A DNA stretch of 64,000 nucleotides from Bacteroidota bacterium. Lineage in GTDB: Bacteria; Bacteroidota; Bacteroidia; UKL13-3. The position numbers were made by a program, and so were the translations under genes. Within the stretch, counting starts at the first letter, position 1; every line of letters begins with the position of its first letter. Positions 19,501-28,405 of this stretch are shown here, one piece after another. The notes below the pieces were generated by a model, which had not been told where the DNA came from, did not search any database, and worked only from the letters and a program-made list of their open reading frames with translations. The stretch lies in assembly GCA_947457395.1 (NCBI GenBank), contig CANGVA010000001.1, forward strand, positions 195,687 to 259,686. Reading direction: 5' to 3'.

Positions 19501-20669
19501 GTCCAGTTTTTATTGTCTCTTCTTGAAGCTTCAGCCATGTCGGCAAAACCTACCACGTCTCTTGAGTTATCAAAGGCTCCTGTGCGGTTGGTCACCCAAA
19601 CTTCTACACGGTTAATAATTACAGGCGAACCAATGATTGGGAGGTTAGATAGCCACTGATCATAGTTATCACGGAAATAATGTGACAGAAAGAAGTGGCG
19701 GTTCATATCATAATTGTCTCCTTGTATATCAAAACGGGTTGATTGCGCACCGCCTTGTATTTCTGTTTCGGTTGTTCTACCTCTTTGCTGAGTAAAAATG
19801 GAGGTTAGCGTAAGCTTACCAAACTGCATAACGGATTTTACACCAAACAAACTTTGGCTACCCTGGATTAGTGAAGAGTTAAGCGGTAGGCTTACGTTGC
19901 CTAGTTCAATTCTTTTAATAATGTCATCATCCTTACCTGTATAATCTAGCTTTATCTGGTTTTCAAAATCAAATGTGGCTTCGGTATCATAATTCAGATT
20001 CACCTTCATCCGATCGCCAATACTACCTTGCACACTTAGCTGTATCTTTTGTCTAAAGTCAAATTGACCAACGGTTTGCTGCTGTGGTGCAAAAGCCGGA
20101 TTTTTAACCGTATTAAAATTACCTGCAAAAATGAGTTCTGCAGTTCCTCTTGGTCTTATATCAATTACGCCACTACCAAATATGCGTTCAAAAATTTTGG
20201 GACCAATTTTAAGAGGAGGGATGATGCCGCTACCACTTGCCATATTATTTGCCTGAGCGCGTTGCCTGAAGTACTCACGATTTTGTCTGTTGTTTTCTGC
20301 TCTCAGTTGCTCAGCAATGCTAACCGAAGCGGGCATCCGGTACTCAGAATTACCTATATATGAAGAATAGTTGTAGCGATTTTCAGCGGAATCAAGGGAA
20401 TATTTCTCTGTAATATTAGAAGGCTCTGATAAATCAAGTGGATGTCTTCTGGAGGTACGTTCAAGCGGATCACGGTCTTTTATAGGAAACTTAAGTGGCT
20501 TTCGGGTGCTGTCTTGGGCAGTAGAATCGGGAGGAAGCGCTATTTTGAAGTCGCGTTTATAATGGCTAATTCCAGGTACAACAGCAGACGTAACACCGCA
20601 CACCAGCGTGATAACGAAGGCAACAGCAGTTGAAACTGATATGTACTTAAATCCCGATTTACTTGACAA
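13509..20669 (-). CDS. sprA: T9SS outer-membrane translocon SprA/Sov
   Basis: 2386 aa; FERIFG..IDIRP, NYDTEATFDFENQIKL, IELGNVSLPLNSSLIQGSQSLFG, WDLMMKNIY; directly downstream of ruvA. TTG start. Confidence 0.96.
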   Translation of the reverse strand: MSSKSGFKYISVSTAVAFVITLVCGVTSAVVPGISHYKRDFKIALPPDSTAQDSTRKPLKFPIKDRDPLERTSRRHPLDLSEPSNITEKYSLDSAENRYNYSSYIGNSEYRMPASVSIAEQLRAENNRQNREYFRQRAQANNMASGSGIIPPLKIGPKIFERIFGSGVIDIRPRGTAELIFAGNFNTVKNPAFAPQQQTVGQFDFRQKIQLSVQGSIGDRMKVNLNYDTEATFDFENQIKLDYTGKDDDIIKRIELGNVSLPLNSSLIQGSQSLFGVKSVMQFGKLTLTSIFTQQRGRTTETEIQGGAQSTRFDIQGDNYDMNRHFFLSHYFRDNYDQWLSNLPIIGSPVIINRVEVWVTNRTGAFDNSRDVVGFADMAEASRRDNKNWTVNPNPFDTFPNNVTNSLYDYLLGRSIATNKDALRSAFEVQNQLLRDQNQTKLQPISQYQMISYARLLSANEYTVNPRLGYISLNQTLNNDDVLCVAFEYTLNGKVYKVGEFTTDVPVNAQQPNVLYTKMLKGPSLRPDLPIWDLMMKNIYSLGTFGVQQKDFRLNIIYADDPSGADLNYIPAQNEPSLSGVPLVSVFNLDNLNTQQERAPDGLFDFIEGVTINTQQGRIIFPMVEPFGTYLQRKFVNDPSRARYYCFFELYDSTRFAAIQLPQYNKFFLRGSYQGQSTNEISLNSTNVPRGSVRVTANGAPLTENVDFTVDYNIGRVRIINTGLLNSGAIIKVSSESNSLFSIQQKTLMGSRFDYKVNRDFLMGGTVLWLNERPLTPKVNLNEEPISNVMIGLDGSYKTESRLITKLVDALPFIETKEKSDLTLSAEYAHLFPGVQGALAQGGTAYLDDFEGSETQIDLRGTNNWVLASTPQGQPDLFPEGNLLNDLAYGYRRAQLSWYSIPTNFYQEGNPFRPAEITDEELSNHRVRQIFVNEVYPSRQIQQGMPQNIATLDLAFYPKERGAFNYTISGLNADGTLKDPRNNWGGLMRKIDQNDFEAANIDYIEIWMLDPYLSNPNQNDRGQLYINLGNISEDVLRDNRKAAENGLPRANDLSLIVDTTVWGRVTRQPVINYAFDADPASREIQDVGLDGLNDDAERLHFSNNYLQQVANLYGTSSVAYQQANLDPSKDNFQFYLGVSSPSILERFRYFSNTQGNSPVSTASPPPVATNVPDMEDINRDYTLNDIEEYYQYRIDISKERLVVGQNYVTDSVVTTVRLENGTSEQVTWYQLKVPIREYEKQVGQILDFKSIRFMRVFMRGFEEEMMLRFGAFQLVRADWRKYLGNLEEGKENKPSDPDDETKFVVSTVNIEENRFRVPIPYITPPGIQRELDFSAPQAIQQNEQSLSVQVCNLKDADARGVFKNVTNVDLRRYGKLRMFIHAEGTSLNDGDLTAFVRLGTDLTNNYYEYEIPLKASMLGDASASNIWPSENEMVLELEELINTKIQRTNANHPFTAVYTRNLGNNRKIRVVGLPDLSNLRVMMLGVRNPRAFPGSNDDGLPKCAEVWFNEMRATEFNNNGGWAATARAQIKLADFGNVQLAGNMTTVGFGGIDKKINERTFDDTYQYDVQGSFELGKFLPKNLGLSIPVFLSYGNTLVRPFYNPLNPDTRLQKEIDETTDEDRRNRIARAADDFTARRSLNFTNVRKNRIGASKPHLWDIENFNFTYSFSETFRRNQTMEYYILQNYRSISAYQYSFSPKPWEPFSKLIKSKQLTLLKDFNLFFLPQAWGARVETDRRYGVTINRNNDNPNTIIQPLYDKMFTMTRYYEFSYSLSKSIRVDYNATALARVDEPLGQIDENTPSKRDSMWNNFWNGGRLMQFDQAIRFNYNIPLNKIQQLNFISQSAYSYTVNYQWKQAPPAADSLGNTISNAKTEAWNFNLNMSLLYNKWKFLRDINNPAKKTARKPAEEEEEKKKPNKKDSKTKKKKEDNSPKNYSPLVSIPIKLITSLKNLTFAHTTNRGVVLPGFKTRPQYLGQNFDNDGPGFDFILAMQDPNYRYRAAENGWLSNDPRITNFYTEDFRENITGRATLEPITDFRIELNMQSQRSLQTSVLFRYDSIQKQFVDVNVPTQTGNYSISYNALGTAFTNPEEAFKRFQENRIIIANRLGQNPEQPGGGADSTGFPRGYSRASQEVLIPAFLAAYGGEDAAAIGLTPFPKIPDLNWRITYNGLTKIEMIKEYASNITISNQYTSSYNVGAFQTILPGDTNAAPNFTGDYASKYQIRQISITERWGPFLGIDITFVNNIQAKVEYKKDRTLNFTLTNGQLNEQTGSEWVVGAGYRASNLAIPLLGGNGRRLVLENEVNFRIDFSIRNNITKIRYLDRESNDPVQGQVIYDLKPQIDYNFNEKLMMRIFYSYRRTDPATSNSFPTIIQSGGISLRYTIQ

Positions 20670-20684
20670 AGTAAAGTTGCGCCA

Positions 20685-21269
20685 TCAAAGAATTTTTAGG
20701 GTGTTTTTGACTAATTGTTCAACCGTATAATCGGGATTCTGCTGTTTAATTTTGGTTAGCCCTTTTTCTGCCTCAGCTTTGCTAAAACCAAGCATTACTA
20801 ATGCCGAAAGGGCTTCTTCCATTAATGTATTTTTTTCGGTTGCAAAACTGAAACCTTCCGCAGACTCAACCTTTTTCATTTTATTTTTTAAATCAATCAC
20901 CACTTTCTGAGCCGTTTTTTCACCGATGCCTTTCACCGTTTTTATTAACGCCCAGTTTCCGGTGCTTATTGCCTGCTTAATATCTAACGGTTTTAGTGAA
21001 GAGAGCATGAGCCTGGCAGTATTGGTGCCTACCCCACTCACTGATATGAGCTGCTTAAAAAGGGTCCGTTCCTCCTCATCCGCAAAACCGTATAATATAT
21101 GAGCATCTTCCTTAATGATGAGGCAAGTAAGAACTTTAACCTTCTCACTATCAGCTATTTTCTCAAAAGTATTGAGAGAAATATTTACCTCATAGCCAAC
21201 ACCGGAGCACTCTACCACTAAATAGGTGGGTGTTTTTTCTACCAGTTTTCCTTCCAGATGAGCAATCAA
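20685..21269 (-). CDS. ruvA: Holliday junction branch migration protein RuvA
   Basis: IAHLEGKL, GVGYEV, LYGF, LISVSGVG, KGIGEKTA, EALSALVMLGF. Confidence 0.97.
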   Translation of the reverse strand: MIAHLEGKLVEKTPTYLVVECSGVGYEVNISLNTFEKIADSEKVKVLTCLIIKEDAHILYGFADEEERTLFKQLISVSGVGTNTARLMLSSLKPLDIKQAISTGNWALIKTVKGIGEKTAQKVVIDLKNKMKKVESAEGFSFATEKNTLMEEALSALVMLGFSKAEAEKGLTKIKQQNPDYTVEQLVKNTLKIL

Positions 21270-21317
21270 AGTCTTATAAATGGATTAAAATAAGTCTGCT
21301 AAAATAAGAAATGTTTG

Positions 21318-21325
21318 TAATTTTG
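21318..21325 (+). promoter_or_regulatory. -7 box TAATTTTG
   Basis: Exact TAnnTTTG, 21 nt before ATG 21347. Confidence 0.6.
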
Positions 21326-21346
21326 TGTGCGCTATAATTAATCAAA

Positions 21347-21679
21347 ATGAAATATTTCAGGCTGATTTTCAGTATGTATTTGTTGCTAGTGGGGACAAAC
21401 GCCCTTGCTTCACATAAAATCGTAAGGCAAAACACACCACAAGATGGTTATTATGAACAGAAACATGCCAACGGTAAAATTGCTGAAAGGGGTTATTATA
21501 AGAATGGCCTAAAGCACCGAGTATGGTCTATTTATAACGAATATGGCCTGCGTATTAAAACTGAAAAATGGAAAGCCGGTGTATTGGTTTGGCAAGTATT
21601 TTACAACGCTAGGGGCCGTGCAATTAAAACCATTGATAAAAATGGTATTGTAAAGGAATTGTCAGGTTGTGGATGCTGA
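21347..21679 (+). CDS. Small exported MORN-variant (YwqK-like) repeat protein
   Basis: Signal peptide (..NALA); repeats HANGKIAERGYYKNGLKHRVW, YNEYG, YNARG; ends GCGC. Confidence 0.75.
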   Translation: MKYFRLIFSMYLLLVGTNALASHKIVRQNTPQDGYYEQKHANGKIAERGYYKNGLKHRVWSIYNEYGLRIKTEKWKAGVLVWQVFYNARGRAIKTIDKNGIVKELSGCGC

Positions 21680-21735
21680 GTACTACTAATCAATATGGGT
21701 TATCTTTATCTGACCTTTGGTTTAATTAGCATCCA

Positions 21736-22380
21736 ATGAATACTTCAGCTGATTTGTATTTTGCAGATGGTTGCGGTCGGTGCAAATTTGGTGGCACACC
21801 GCAATGTAAAGTAAATACATGGCGCGGTGCCCTTCTGCATATGCGTGAAGTACTGCATATGTTGGGCCTGCATGAAACCTGTAAATGGGGTGTACCTTGC
21901 TATGTGTACCGTGATAAAAATATTTTGCTACTTACTGCATTCAAGGATCATGCCGCCTTAAATTTTTTTAACGGGGCATCATTAACCGATGCGCATAATT
22001 TGCTGCAAAAAGCAGGAGTGCATTCACAGGGAGGAAGAATCTATAGATTTAAAAGAGTTGAAGAAATTAATAAACATAAACCGGCTATTATTAAACTTAT
22101 CAAAGAGGCAATGAATCAGGCAGAGGTGGGTAATATACCGTTAGCTAATCCTGCAACAATAAATTTACCGGATGAATTAGTAAATGTATTTAAAGAAAAT
22201 CCCTCTTTGGAAAAGGCTTTTTATGCATTAACACCCGGCAGGCAACGTGCATATCTCATTTATTTTACCGGTGCCAAACAAACTGCAACTAGGCTGGCAA
22301 GGATTGAAAAGTATATACCGCAAATTATAAAGGGAATTGGCTTTCATGACGGATATAAAAAAGCCGGACGGCATAAGTAA
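21736..22380 (+). CDS. YdeI/OmpD-associated family protein (DUF1801 + OmdA)
   Basis: GCGRC..TPQCKV, ETCKWGVPCY, FYALTPGRQRAY..AKQTATR. Confidence 0.88.
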   Translation: MNTSADLYFADGCGRCKFGGTPQCKVNTWRGALLHMREVLHMLGLHETCKWGVPCYVYRDKNILLLTAFKDHAALNFFNGASLTDAHNLLQKAGVHSQGGRIYRFKRVEEINKHKPAIIKLIKEAMNQAEVGNIPLANPATINLPDELVNVFKENPSLEKAFYALTPGRQRAYLIYFTGAKQTATRLARIEKYIPQIIKGIGFHDGYKKAGRHK

Positions 22381-22402
22381 CTTTAGTAACAAACCAATTG
22401 GT

Positions 22403-22966
22403 CTACACGTTTCTTTCAATGTAATCTATTAGGGAATGAATACATTTGATATGAATTTCCTGTGCACGATCAGCGAATGGGCTATGCGGAGCGCGGATTT
22501 CGGCATCACATAATCCAGCCATTTTTCCTCCGTCTTTTCCTGTAAGGCCTACTATTTTCATTCCTTTTTTTCTGGCAGCCTCAATGGCATGAATAATATT
22601 TTTTGAATTACCACTTGTTGAGATGGCCAACAGCACATCACCTTCATTGCCTACCGCTTCAAGATAACGGCTGAAAACAAAATCATAACCATAATCATTA
22701 CCTACGCAGGCAATATGTGATGGATCGGAGATCGAAATGGCAGCCAAAGCAGGTCTGTTGTCTCTGTATCTGCCTGTAAGTTCTTCGGCAAAGTGCATGG
22801 CATCACACATGCTGCCTCCATTGCCACAGCTGATAATTTTTTTCCCTGCTTTTAAAGCATTTGTCATTAGCTGACCGGCTAACTCAAGCGATTCAAAATT
22901 TTTATCATCGGCCAAAAACCTATTTAATACATCCTGTGCTTCTGTGAAATGTTGTTTTATACTCAT
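22403..22966 (-). CDS. gmhA: D-sedoheptulose 7-phosphate isomerase
   Basis: [35 protein letters not shown]. Confidence 0.96.
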   Translation of the reverse strand: MSIKQHFTEAQDVLNRFLADDKNFESLELAGQLMTNALKAGKKIISCGNGGSMCDAMHFAEELTGRYRDNRPALAAISISDPSHIACVGNDYGYDFVFSRYLEAVGNEGDVLLAISTSGNSKNIIHAIEAARKKGMKIVGLTGKDGGKMAGLCDAEIRAPHSPFADRAQEIHIKCIHSLIDYIERNV

Positions 22967-22979
22967 TTTCTTTGAATGT

Positions 22980-25064
22980 TTAATTTAAATGAAAAGCATT
23001 TTTCCCCTTATCCAGGAACTCAATAAACCTTTGCTCATTGGTATCAAAAAATGTAGGTCCTGATAGTTGGTTCTCATCTGCATCAATAACCACATACTGT
23101 GGTTGTGCAGAGAAATTGTATTTGCTTATTTGTAAATCCTGATTTTGTTCGCCAATTGTTTTTTTGATTTTGCCATCTCGTGGCGAAGTGTACCATTCAC
23201 TCTCGGGCAACTCCTTTCTTTCATCTGCATATAGTGATACAACGATAAAATCATTTTGTAAACGCTTTAATACTTCCGGCTTGGCCCACACGTATTCTTC
23301 CATTTTACGGCAGTTTACACAAGCATGCCCAGTAAAGTCAATAAAGATGGGCTTATTTTGTTTGCGTGATTCTTCTAACGCTTGTTTATAATCAAAGTAG
23401 CCGGTTAAACCATGCGGCAAGTGCAGAAAATCTGCATGTTTTATTTGTGTGTTAGGTGTTGTATGTGCAGGAGTTGTTGCAGTGCTAGCTCCTAAAACAA
23501 AATCCTGTGTTTGCATGGGTGGCAGCAAGCCTGAGAGGCCTTTGAGCGGTGCACCAAATAACCCCGGAATCATATAAACGCCAAAGCAAAAAGAAAGCAG
23601 GGCCAGGGCAAATCGTGGCACACTTACATAGGGCAAATCACTATCGTGGCTAAATTTAATTTTACCCAGCAAGTACATGCCTAATAAAAACGCCAGTACA
23701 ATCCATATGCTCAGATAAATTTCACGGTCAAGGATACCCCAGTGGTAAACCACATCTGCAGTTGATAAAAACTTAAATGCAAATGCAATTTCAATAAATC
23801 CTAAAACTACCTTTACTGAGTTTAACCAGCCTCCTGATTTGGGTAAACTGCTTAAAAAACTTGGGAAAATGGCAAACAAGGTAAACGGTAATGCCAAACC
23901 AAACCCAAACGCAGCCATACCTAAAAGCGGTTTCATAAACTTACCGCCAACCGCTTCAATCAATAAACTTCCTACAATTGGGCCGGTGCAACTAAAGGAT
24001 ACCAATACCAATGTAAAAGCCATAAAAAATAAGCCTGCAAAATTACCCATGCTTGATTTTGCATCAACTTTATTTACCAATTGGTGTGGTAGGGTAATTT
24101 CAAACAAACCCAGAAAGGAAGCTGCAAAGACCATGAAGATGATAAAGAACAAAATATTGGGCAACCAATGTGTGCTGAGCCAGTTGCCAAAATCAGGGCC
24201 TAAACCAAAAAATGCAAAAACTAAACCAAGTGATGCATAAATTCCGATTATGGAAAGACCAAAAGTGGTTGCTCTAACTGCAGCCTGGCTCTTGGTTTCG
24301 CTCTTCTTTGAAAAAAATCCGGCTGTCATGGGTAGCATAGGAAAAACGCATGGTGTTGCAACAGCTACAAGCCCTGCTATAAATGCAAGAAATAGAAAGG
24401 TAAATAGGCTTTCTTTTGGTTGCGTATCTGCTTTTGCAGTAAGTTGTTCTGTAGAATCGGTAGCTGCATTTAAAGAGGATGATGAATCACTGCCGGTTTG
24501 AGAAGCATCCGTGATTGCCGAATCATTTTGCGTGTTTTGGTTACCGGGTGTTTCATCTGAATGTATGACTTTAAAAACATCTTTTACTTCATATTCCTGA
24601 TCGAAAGGGGGCATGCAAACACCTGTAATCTCTGAGCACTCCTGAAAATAGAGCGACACTTTGATATTAGGCTTATCAGATAAAATCTTAACTTTTTGTT
24701 TAAAAATGGCTTTACCTGTAAAGACAGAAACAGTTCCATTCCATACTTCTTCAAAATGCTTTTTGGAGCCTATGGGTATAGTTTTACCTATTAGCTCATA
24801 AGAGGCATCTTTCTTAAAATTAATTTCGGCAACAATAGGTCCAAGATTTGGATCAAAATCATTGGAATACATATACCAATCTTTTTCAATTATGCTGGTA
24901 AGTGTAAGTGTTAACTCGTCACCAACTTTCACCTCTTTTTTATCAGTGGCAATGGTCCATTTAGGAGTTTCTTTTAAAACAGAAGGCTGGTTGGTATGCA
25001 GTTGCGCATGGTTTGAGTATGAAAAATATAGGGTTGCAACAAGCAAGAAAAAATAACGCATCAT
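22980..25064 (-). CDS. dsbD: Thiol:disulfide interchange protein DsbD
   Basis: N-domain QEC..C, TM domain TPCVFP and [13 protein letters not shown], thioredoxin domain CVNC. Confidence 0.93.
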   Translation of the reverse strand: MMRYFFLLVATLYFSYSNHAQLHTNQPSVLKETPKWTIATDKKEVKVGDELTLTLTSIIEKDWYMYSNDFDPNLGPIVAEINFKKDASYELIGKTIPIGSKKHFEEVWNGTVSVFTGKAIFKQKVKILSDKPNIKVSLYFQECSEITGVCMPPFDQEYEVKDVFKVIHSDETPGNQNTQNDSAITDASQTGSDSSSSLNAATDSTEQLTAKADTQPKESLFTFLFLAFIAGLVAVATPCVFPMLPMTAGFFSKKSETKSQAAVRATTFGLSIIGIYASLGLVFAFFGLGPDFGNWLSTHWLPNILFFIIFMVFAASFLGLFEITLPHQLVNKVDAKSSMGNFAGLFFMAFTLVLVSFSCTGPIVGSLLIEAVGGKFMKPLLGMAAFGFGLALPFTLFAIFPSFLSSLPKSGGWLNSVKVVLGFIEIAFAFKFLSTADVVYHWGILDREIYLSIWIVLAFLLGMYLLGKIKFSHDSDLPYVSVPRFALALLSFCFGVYMIPGLFGAPLKGLSGLLPPMQTQDFVLGASTATTPAHTTPNTQIKHADFLHLPHGLTGYFDYKQALEESRKQNKPIFIDFTGHACVNCRKMEEYVWAKPEVLKRLQNDFIVVSLYADERKELPESEWYTSPRDGKIKKTIGEQNQDLQISKYNFSAQPQYVVIDADENQLSGPTFFDTNEQRFIEFLDKGKNAFHLN

Positions 25065-25093
25065 GTTTGTATAATTTGCAGGTACTTAACGAG

Positions 25094-25101
25094 CAAATTT
25101 A
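25094..25101 (-). promoter_or_regulatory. -7 box TAAATTTG upstream of dsbD
   Basis: Exact TAnnTTTG. Confidence 0.55.
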
Positions 25102-25147
25102 GAATATAATATTAGAAACCAAAGGTAAATGGAATGTGGAGTGCTAC

Positions 25148-25369
25148 TTAGAGGGACTGTTCATTCTGCGGTTGTTCTTGCTCAATAGATTCTCTTTCAC
25201 GCATTTTCCGAAAGATGTATTTCAAAAACTGGTCGGTAACAATCATAATAGCTACCAGTGTTATTAAGGAAATATAAAGGTATAGTAGCTCATTGTTCAA
25301 GCCAGTACCGAAACCTCCTGCCTGTGCCGAAAAGGGAAGTATGGCAAGTAGTGTGATGTACTTTTTCAT
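25148..25369 (-). CDS. Small hypothetical membrane protein (signal peptide + one TM helix)
   Basis: MKKYITLLAILPFSAQA signal peptide, hydrophobic helix, basic RKMR stop-transfer; fills the gap if the autolysin starts at 25482. Confidence 0.6.
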   Translation of the reverse strand: MKKYITLLAILPFSAQAGGFGTGLNNELLYLYISLITLVAIMIVTDQFLKYIFRKMRERESIEQEQPQNEQSL

Positions 25370-25481
25370 AAGCAGAGATTTTTATAAAGGTAAGTTAATT
25401 TTGAATAAAAAACTATACAGATGTGGGAAATCAAGCATTGAATATCATCGGCTTATGTTCAGACTGGCCTATTTTCGTGGC

Positions 25482-27089
25482 ATGAAGAAGTGTTTTATCC
25501 TGGCTGCATTATTTCTGGTTTCAATACTTGTATTTGCTCAGCCTGTTCCTACCCCTGAGTTTCCGTTTAAAATGACGGTGCAGCAATACCTGGAAAAATA
25601 TGCACCCATCGCAGTAGAAGAAATGCATCGCAGCCGCATCCCAGCAAGCATTACCCTTGCGCAGGGCTTGTTAGAGTCGGGCAATGGAAACAGCCGATTA
25701 GCTATTGTTGGCAATAACCACTTTGGTATAAAATGTAAAAAAGACTGGCAAGGTGAAACATTGAATGAAGATGATGATGCCCCGCAAGAGTGTTTCAGAA
25801 AATACAAAGCTCCAATCGATTCTTACCGTGATCATTCTGAATTTTTGAGAAAAAGCCCACGATATGCTTTTTTATTTGACCTGGAATTAACTGATTATAA
25901 AAGTTGGGCGCATGGCCTTAAAAAAGCAGGATATGCCACCAATCCAAAATACGGTGATATCCTAATTGCCACTATCGAGAAAAATAATCTTCAACGATAT
26001 GATTTACTGAAACCCGATGCGCAAGAAGAACAAAAAATAGTTGAAGAGAAAAAAGAATTTATTGCAGAGCATAAAAATCTGATTATAAATAATATTCCCG
26101 CTATGGTTGCCAAATCAACTGATAGCTACACGAGTATTGCACTTGAACATGATATGCGTGTTTGGCAAATTTATAAATACAATGATTTGAATAAAACGGC
26201 TCAGATTAACAAGGGCGATACCATTTACCTGAAACCTAAAAATTACAAATCCCTCACCCAAGAGTTTCACATCCTGCAGCCTTGGGAAACCATGCATACA
26301 GTGGCGCAACGCTATGGCATAAAATTAAGCAAGCTACGCGCAAAAAATTTATTGAAAGAAGGGCAGGAAGCAGCAATGGGTGAAACTATTTACCTGCGCG
26401 ATAAACGAAAACAGGCACCTTTAATAAAGCCACCGCTTGCAGTTGCTGTGCCGGTTGATACCATATATAACAATGAGGTTTATGATGATCCAAAGAAAAA
26501 TATTGAAACCTCGGGGCCTGTTGTTCCGCATGATCCCTATAGTTTGGAAGAGCATGGAATAAAAGAAGATATGGCATTTTTTCATACGGTACAGATTGGA
26601 GAAACAATCTTTTCTATTGCTAAAAAATATAATGTGCAGGTTGAGGGTATTCGCAGTTTAAATAATATCCGCGGTGAGCAGATAAAAGCTGGCGATAAGC
26701 TCATCATCAATCCCAATCAGCCTGCTATTATTCCGAAGGAAGAAGCAGTAGTGCCCGGCTATCATGAAGTGCAAACCAGAGAGACCTTATACAGTATTGC
26801 CCGCAGATATAATATTACCGTTGCCGAACTAAAGGCACTGAATGATTTGACAGGCGATACTATAAAGGTTGGCGAGGAGTTAGTAGTTATTCCGTTAAAT
26901 GGCGAAAAACCTGCTGAAGAGAAAGTAACCGACAATACATCTGATGAGCCGATTTATCATACAGTTAAGGAGAAAGAAACTTTGTACTCCATTGGCAGAA
27001 AATATGGTGTGAGCCCGGAAGAGTTGCGCACGCTGAATAACCTGATAGATAATACCATTGCTGTAGGTCAGCAAATGCGTGTGCGATGA
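25482..27089 (+). CDS. GH73 glucosaminidase with five LysM domains (autolysin)
   Basis: Signal peptide from ATG 25482; IPASITLAQGLLESG, NNHFGIKC, GYATNPKY; five LysM repeats. Confidence 0.93.
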   Translation: MKKCFILAALFLVSILVFAQPVPTPEFPFKMTVQQYLEKYAPIAVEEMHRSRIPASITLAQGLLESGNGNSRLAIVGNNHFGIKCKKDWQGETLNEDDDAPQECFRKYKAPIDSYRDHSEFLRKSPRYAFLFDLELTDYKSWAHGLKKAGYATNPKYGDILIATIEKNNLQRYDLLKPDAQEEQKIVEEKKEFIAEHKNLIINNIPAMVAKSTDSYTSIALEHDMRVWQIYKYNDLNKTAQINKGDTIYLKPKNYKSLTQEFHILQPWETMHTVAQRYGIKLSKLRAKNLLKEGQEAAMGETIYLRDKRKQAPLIKPPLAVAVPVDTIYNNEVYDDPKKNIETSGPVVPHDPYSLEEHGIKEDMAFFHTVQIGETIFSIAKKYNVQVEGIRSLNNIRGEQIKAGDKLIINPNQPAIIPKEEAVVPGYHEVQTRETLYSIARRYNITVAELKALNDLTGDTIKVGEELVVIPLNGEKPAEEKVTDNTSDEPIYHTVKEKETLYSIGRKYGVSPEELRTLNNLIDNTIAVGQQMRVR

Positions 27090-28405
27090 AACTGCTAAAG
27101 GAAATACCAACCAGGCTTTGGCTGTTTTTATTTGGCATTCATGCAGTTTATTTTCTTGTTGCGTACTTTTTTGGAAATATCTACACAGTTGATTCGTATG
27201 GCTATTTGCATCAGGCAGCAAATCTGTGTAACCACCACAGCTGGTATGCCGAAGACTGGCAAGCTCCCGTGCTTGTAGATTATTTTTCTTTTCGCCCACC
27301 TTTATATGCTTGCTTTATCATTTTTTGTAAATTCATTTCAGATAGCAACTTCGTTATTCTCATCATACAAAATATCATCAGTATTGCCAACCTGCTATTG
27401 TTACACAATATTTATCAGCGTTGCGGACTCGATAAAAAAAATAGCATGTATGTGTTGATGGTAGTGTTGGTTTTTTATCCGGCACAGTTTGTCCATGCCA
27501 ATCTTGTTATGACCGAAATAATCTTTCAGGGTTTATTGCTGTTGCTGTTTTACCGCACCCTCATTTTTGTGCAGTCGGTTAGGGTTATAAATGTTTGGTG
27601 GCTCAGCATGCTGCTATCTATAGCCCTCCTTACCAAACCCGTTATTATACTATTTAGCATAGCCATAGGCTTGCTCATATTTTATAGTGCCTATCAGGAA
27701 AAAAAATTGTATCTGATTTATCCTTTGTTAATGGTACCTGTAACTTTTCATCTGATATGTTTACAAAATAAACACAGCACAGGCTATTATCACTTTAGCA
27801 GTGTTAAACCTATTTTTCATTTAAAGTACAATGCCAAGTACACCTTGCTCGCAAAATTTGGAGAGTATTATGCAGACAGCACCATTAGCGCAGTGATGCA
27901 TCAAGTAAATTCAAAACCTTCCTACGGGTTGCGCTATGAGACTATGCAGCAACAGGGCAATCAAGTTATTATGCAATATCCGTTTCATTATGTCAAGCTA
28001 TTTGCTAAAGGTTGTATTGCTTTTTTTATTGATCCCGGCAGATATGATTTGTTTCACCTGTTTGGCGTGAATGATGCGGGATTTAACGGATTGTATCATG
28101 AATTTAATGTTCATGGCATAACAGCATTAAGCAACTTTGTTAAACAGGCTCCGCTGGGTTTGTTGCTCATATTATTACTTAATATATGTTGGAATATTTT
28201 GATTACCGTGTGTTTTGTATGGTTCCTCTTTTATAAAAATGCACCGATATTTTTACGAGTATTAGTTTTTGTTTTTGTAGCTTATATTGCAGTAGCCACA
28301 GGTGTTTTAGGGTTATCTAGGTACCGTGTGCCTGTTTATCCTTTAATAAGTATAGCAATGGTATTTGCATATCAGCATTTTTATCTGAGTCGAAAACATG
28401 TTTAG
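27086..28405 (+). CDS. Polytopic membrane protein, GT-C (ArnT/PMT-like) glycosyltransferase
   Basis: DSYGY, FRPPLY, MTE, LLTKP and late RYR motifs; many TM helices; ATGA overlap with the autolysin. Confidence 0.7.
   Translation: MKLLKEIPTRLWLFLFGIHAVYFLVAYFFGNIYTVDSYGYLHQAANLCNHHSWYAEDWQAPVLVDYFSFRPPLYACFIIFCKFISDSNFVILIIQNIISIANLLLLHNIYQRCGLDKKNSMYVLMVVLVFYPAQFVHANLVMTEIIFQGLLLLLFYRTLIFVQSVRVINVWWLSMLLSIALLTKPVIILFSIAIGLLIFYSAYQEKKLYLIYPLLMVPVTFHLICLQNKHSTGYYHFSSVKPIFHLKYNAKYTLLAKFGEYYADSTISAVMHQVNSKPSYGLRYETMQQQGNQVIMQYPFHYVKLFAKGCIAFFIDPGRYDLFHLFGVNDAGFNGLYHEFNVHGITALSNFVKQAPLGLLLILLLNICWNILITVCFVWFLFYKNAPIFLRVLVFVFVAYIAVATGVLGLSRYRVPVYPLISIAMVFAYQHFYLSRKHV

Noticed and set aside
13668-20633. 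Many short ORFs antisense to or nested in sprA and other long genes
   Set aside because: Shadow frames of real CDSs with no recognisable motifs.
21665-21730. GCGC followed by TGA as a possible selenocysteine read-through
   Set aside because: No convincing SECIS-like hairpin right after the TGA, the extension is short and featureless, and Sec use is rare in Bacteroidota.
25293-25481. N-terminal extensions in the ORF track (also 30674, 35616, 38554, 43088, 56598, 56704)
   Set aside because: Downstream ATGs give proper signal peptides or family N-termini, and several extensions run through -7 boxes or neighbouring genes.
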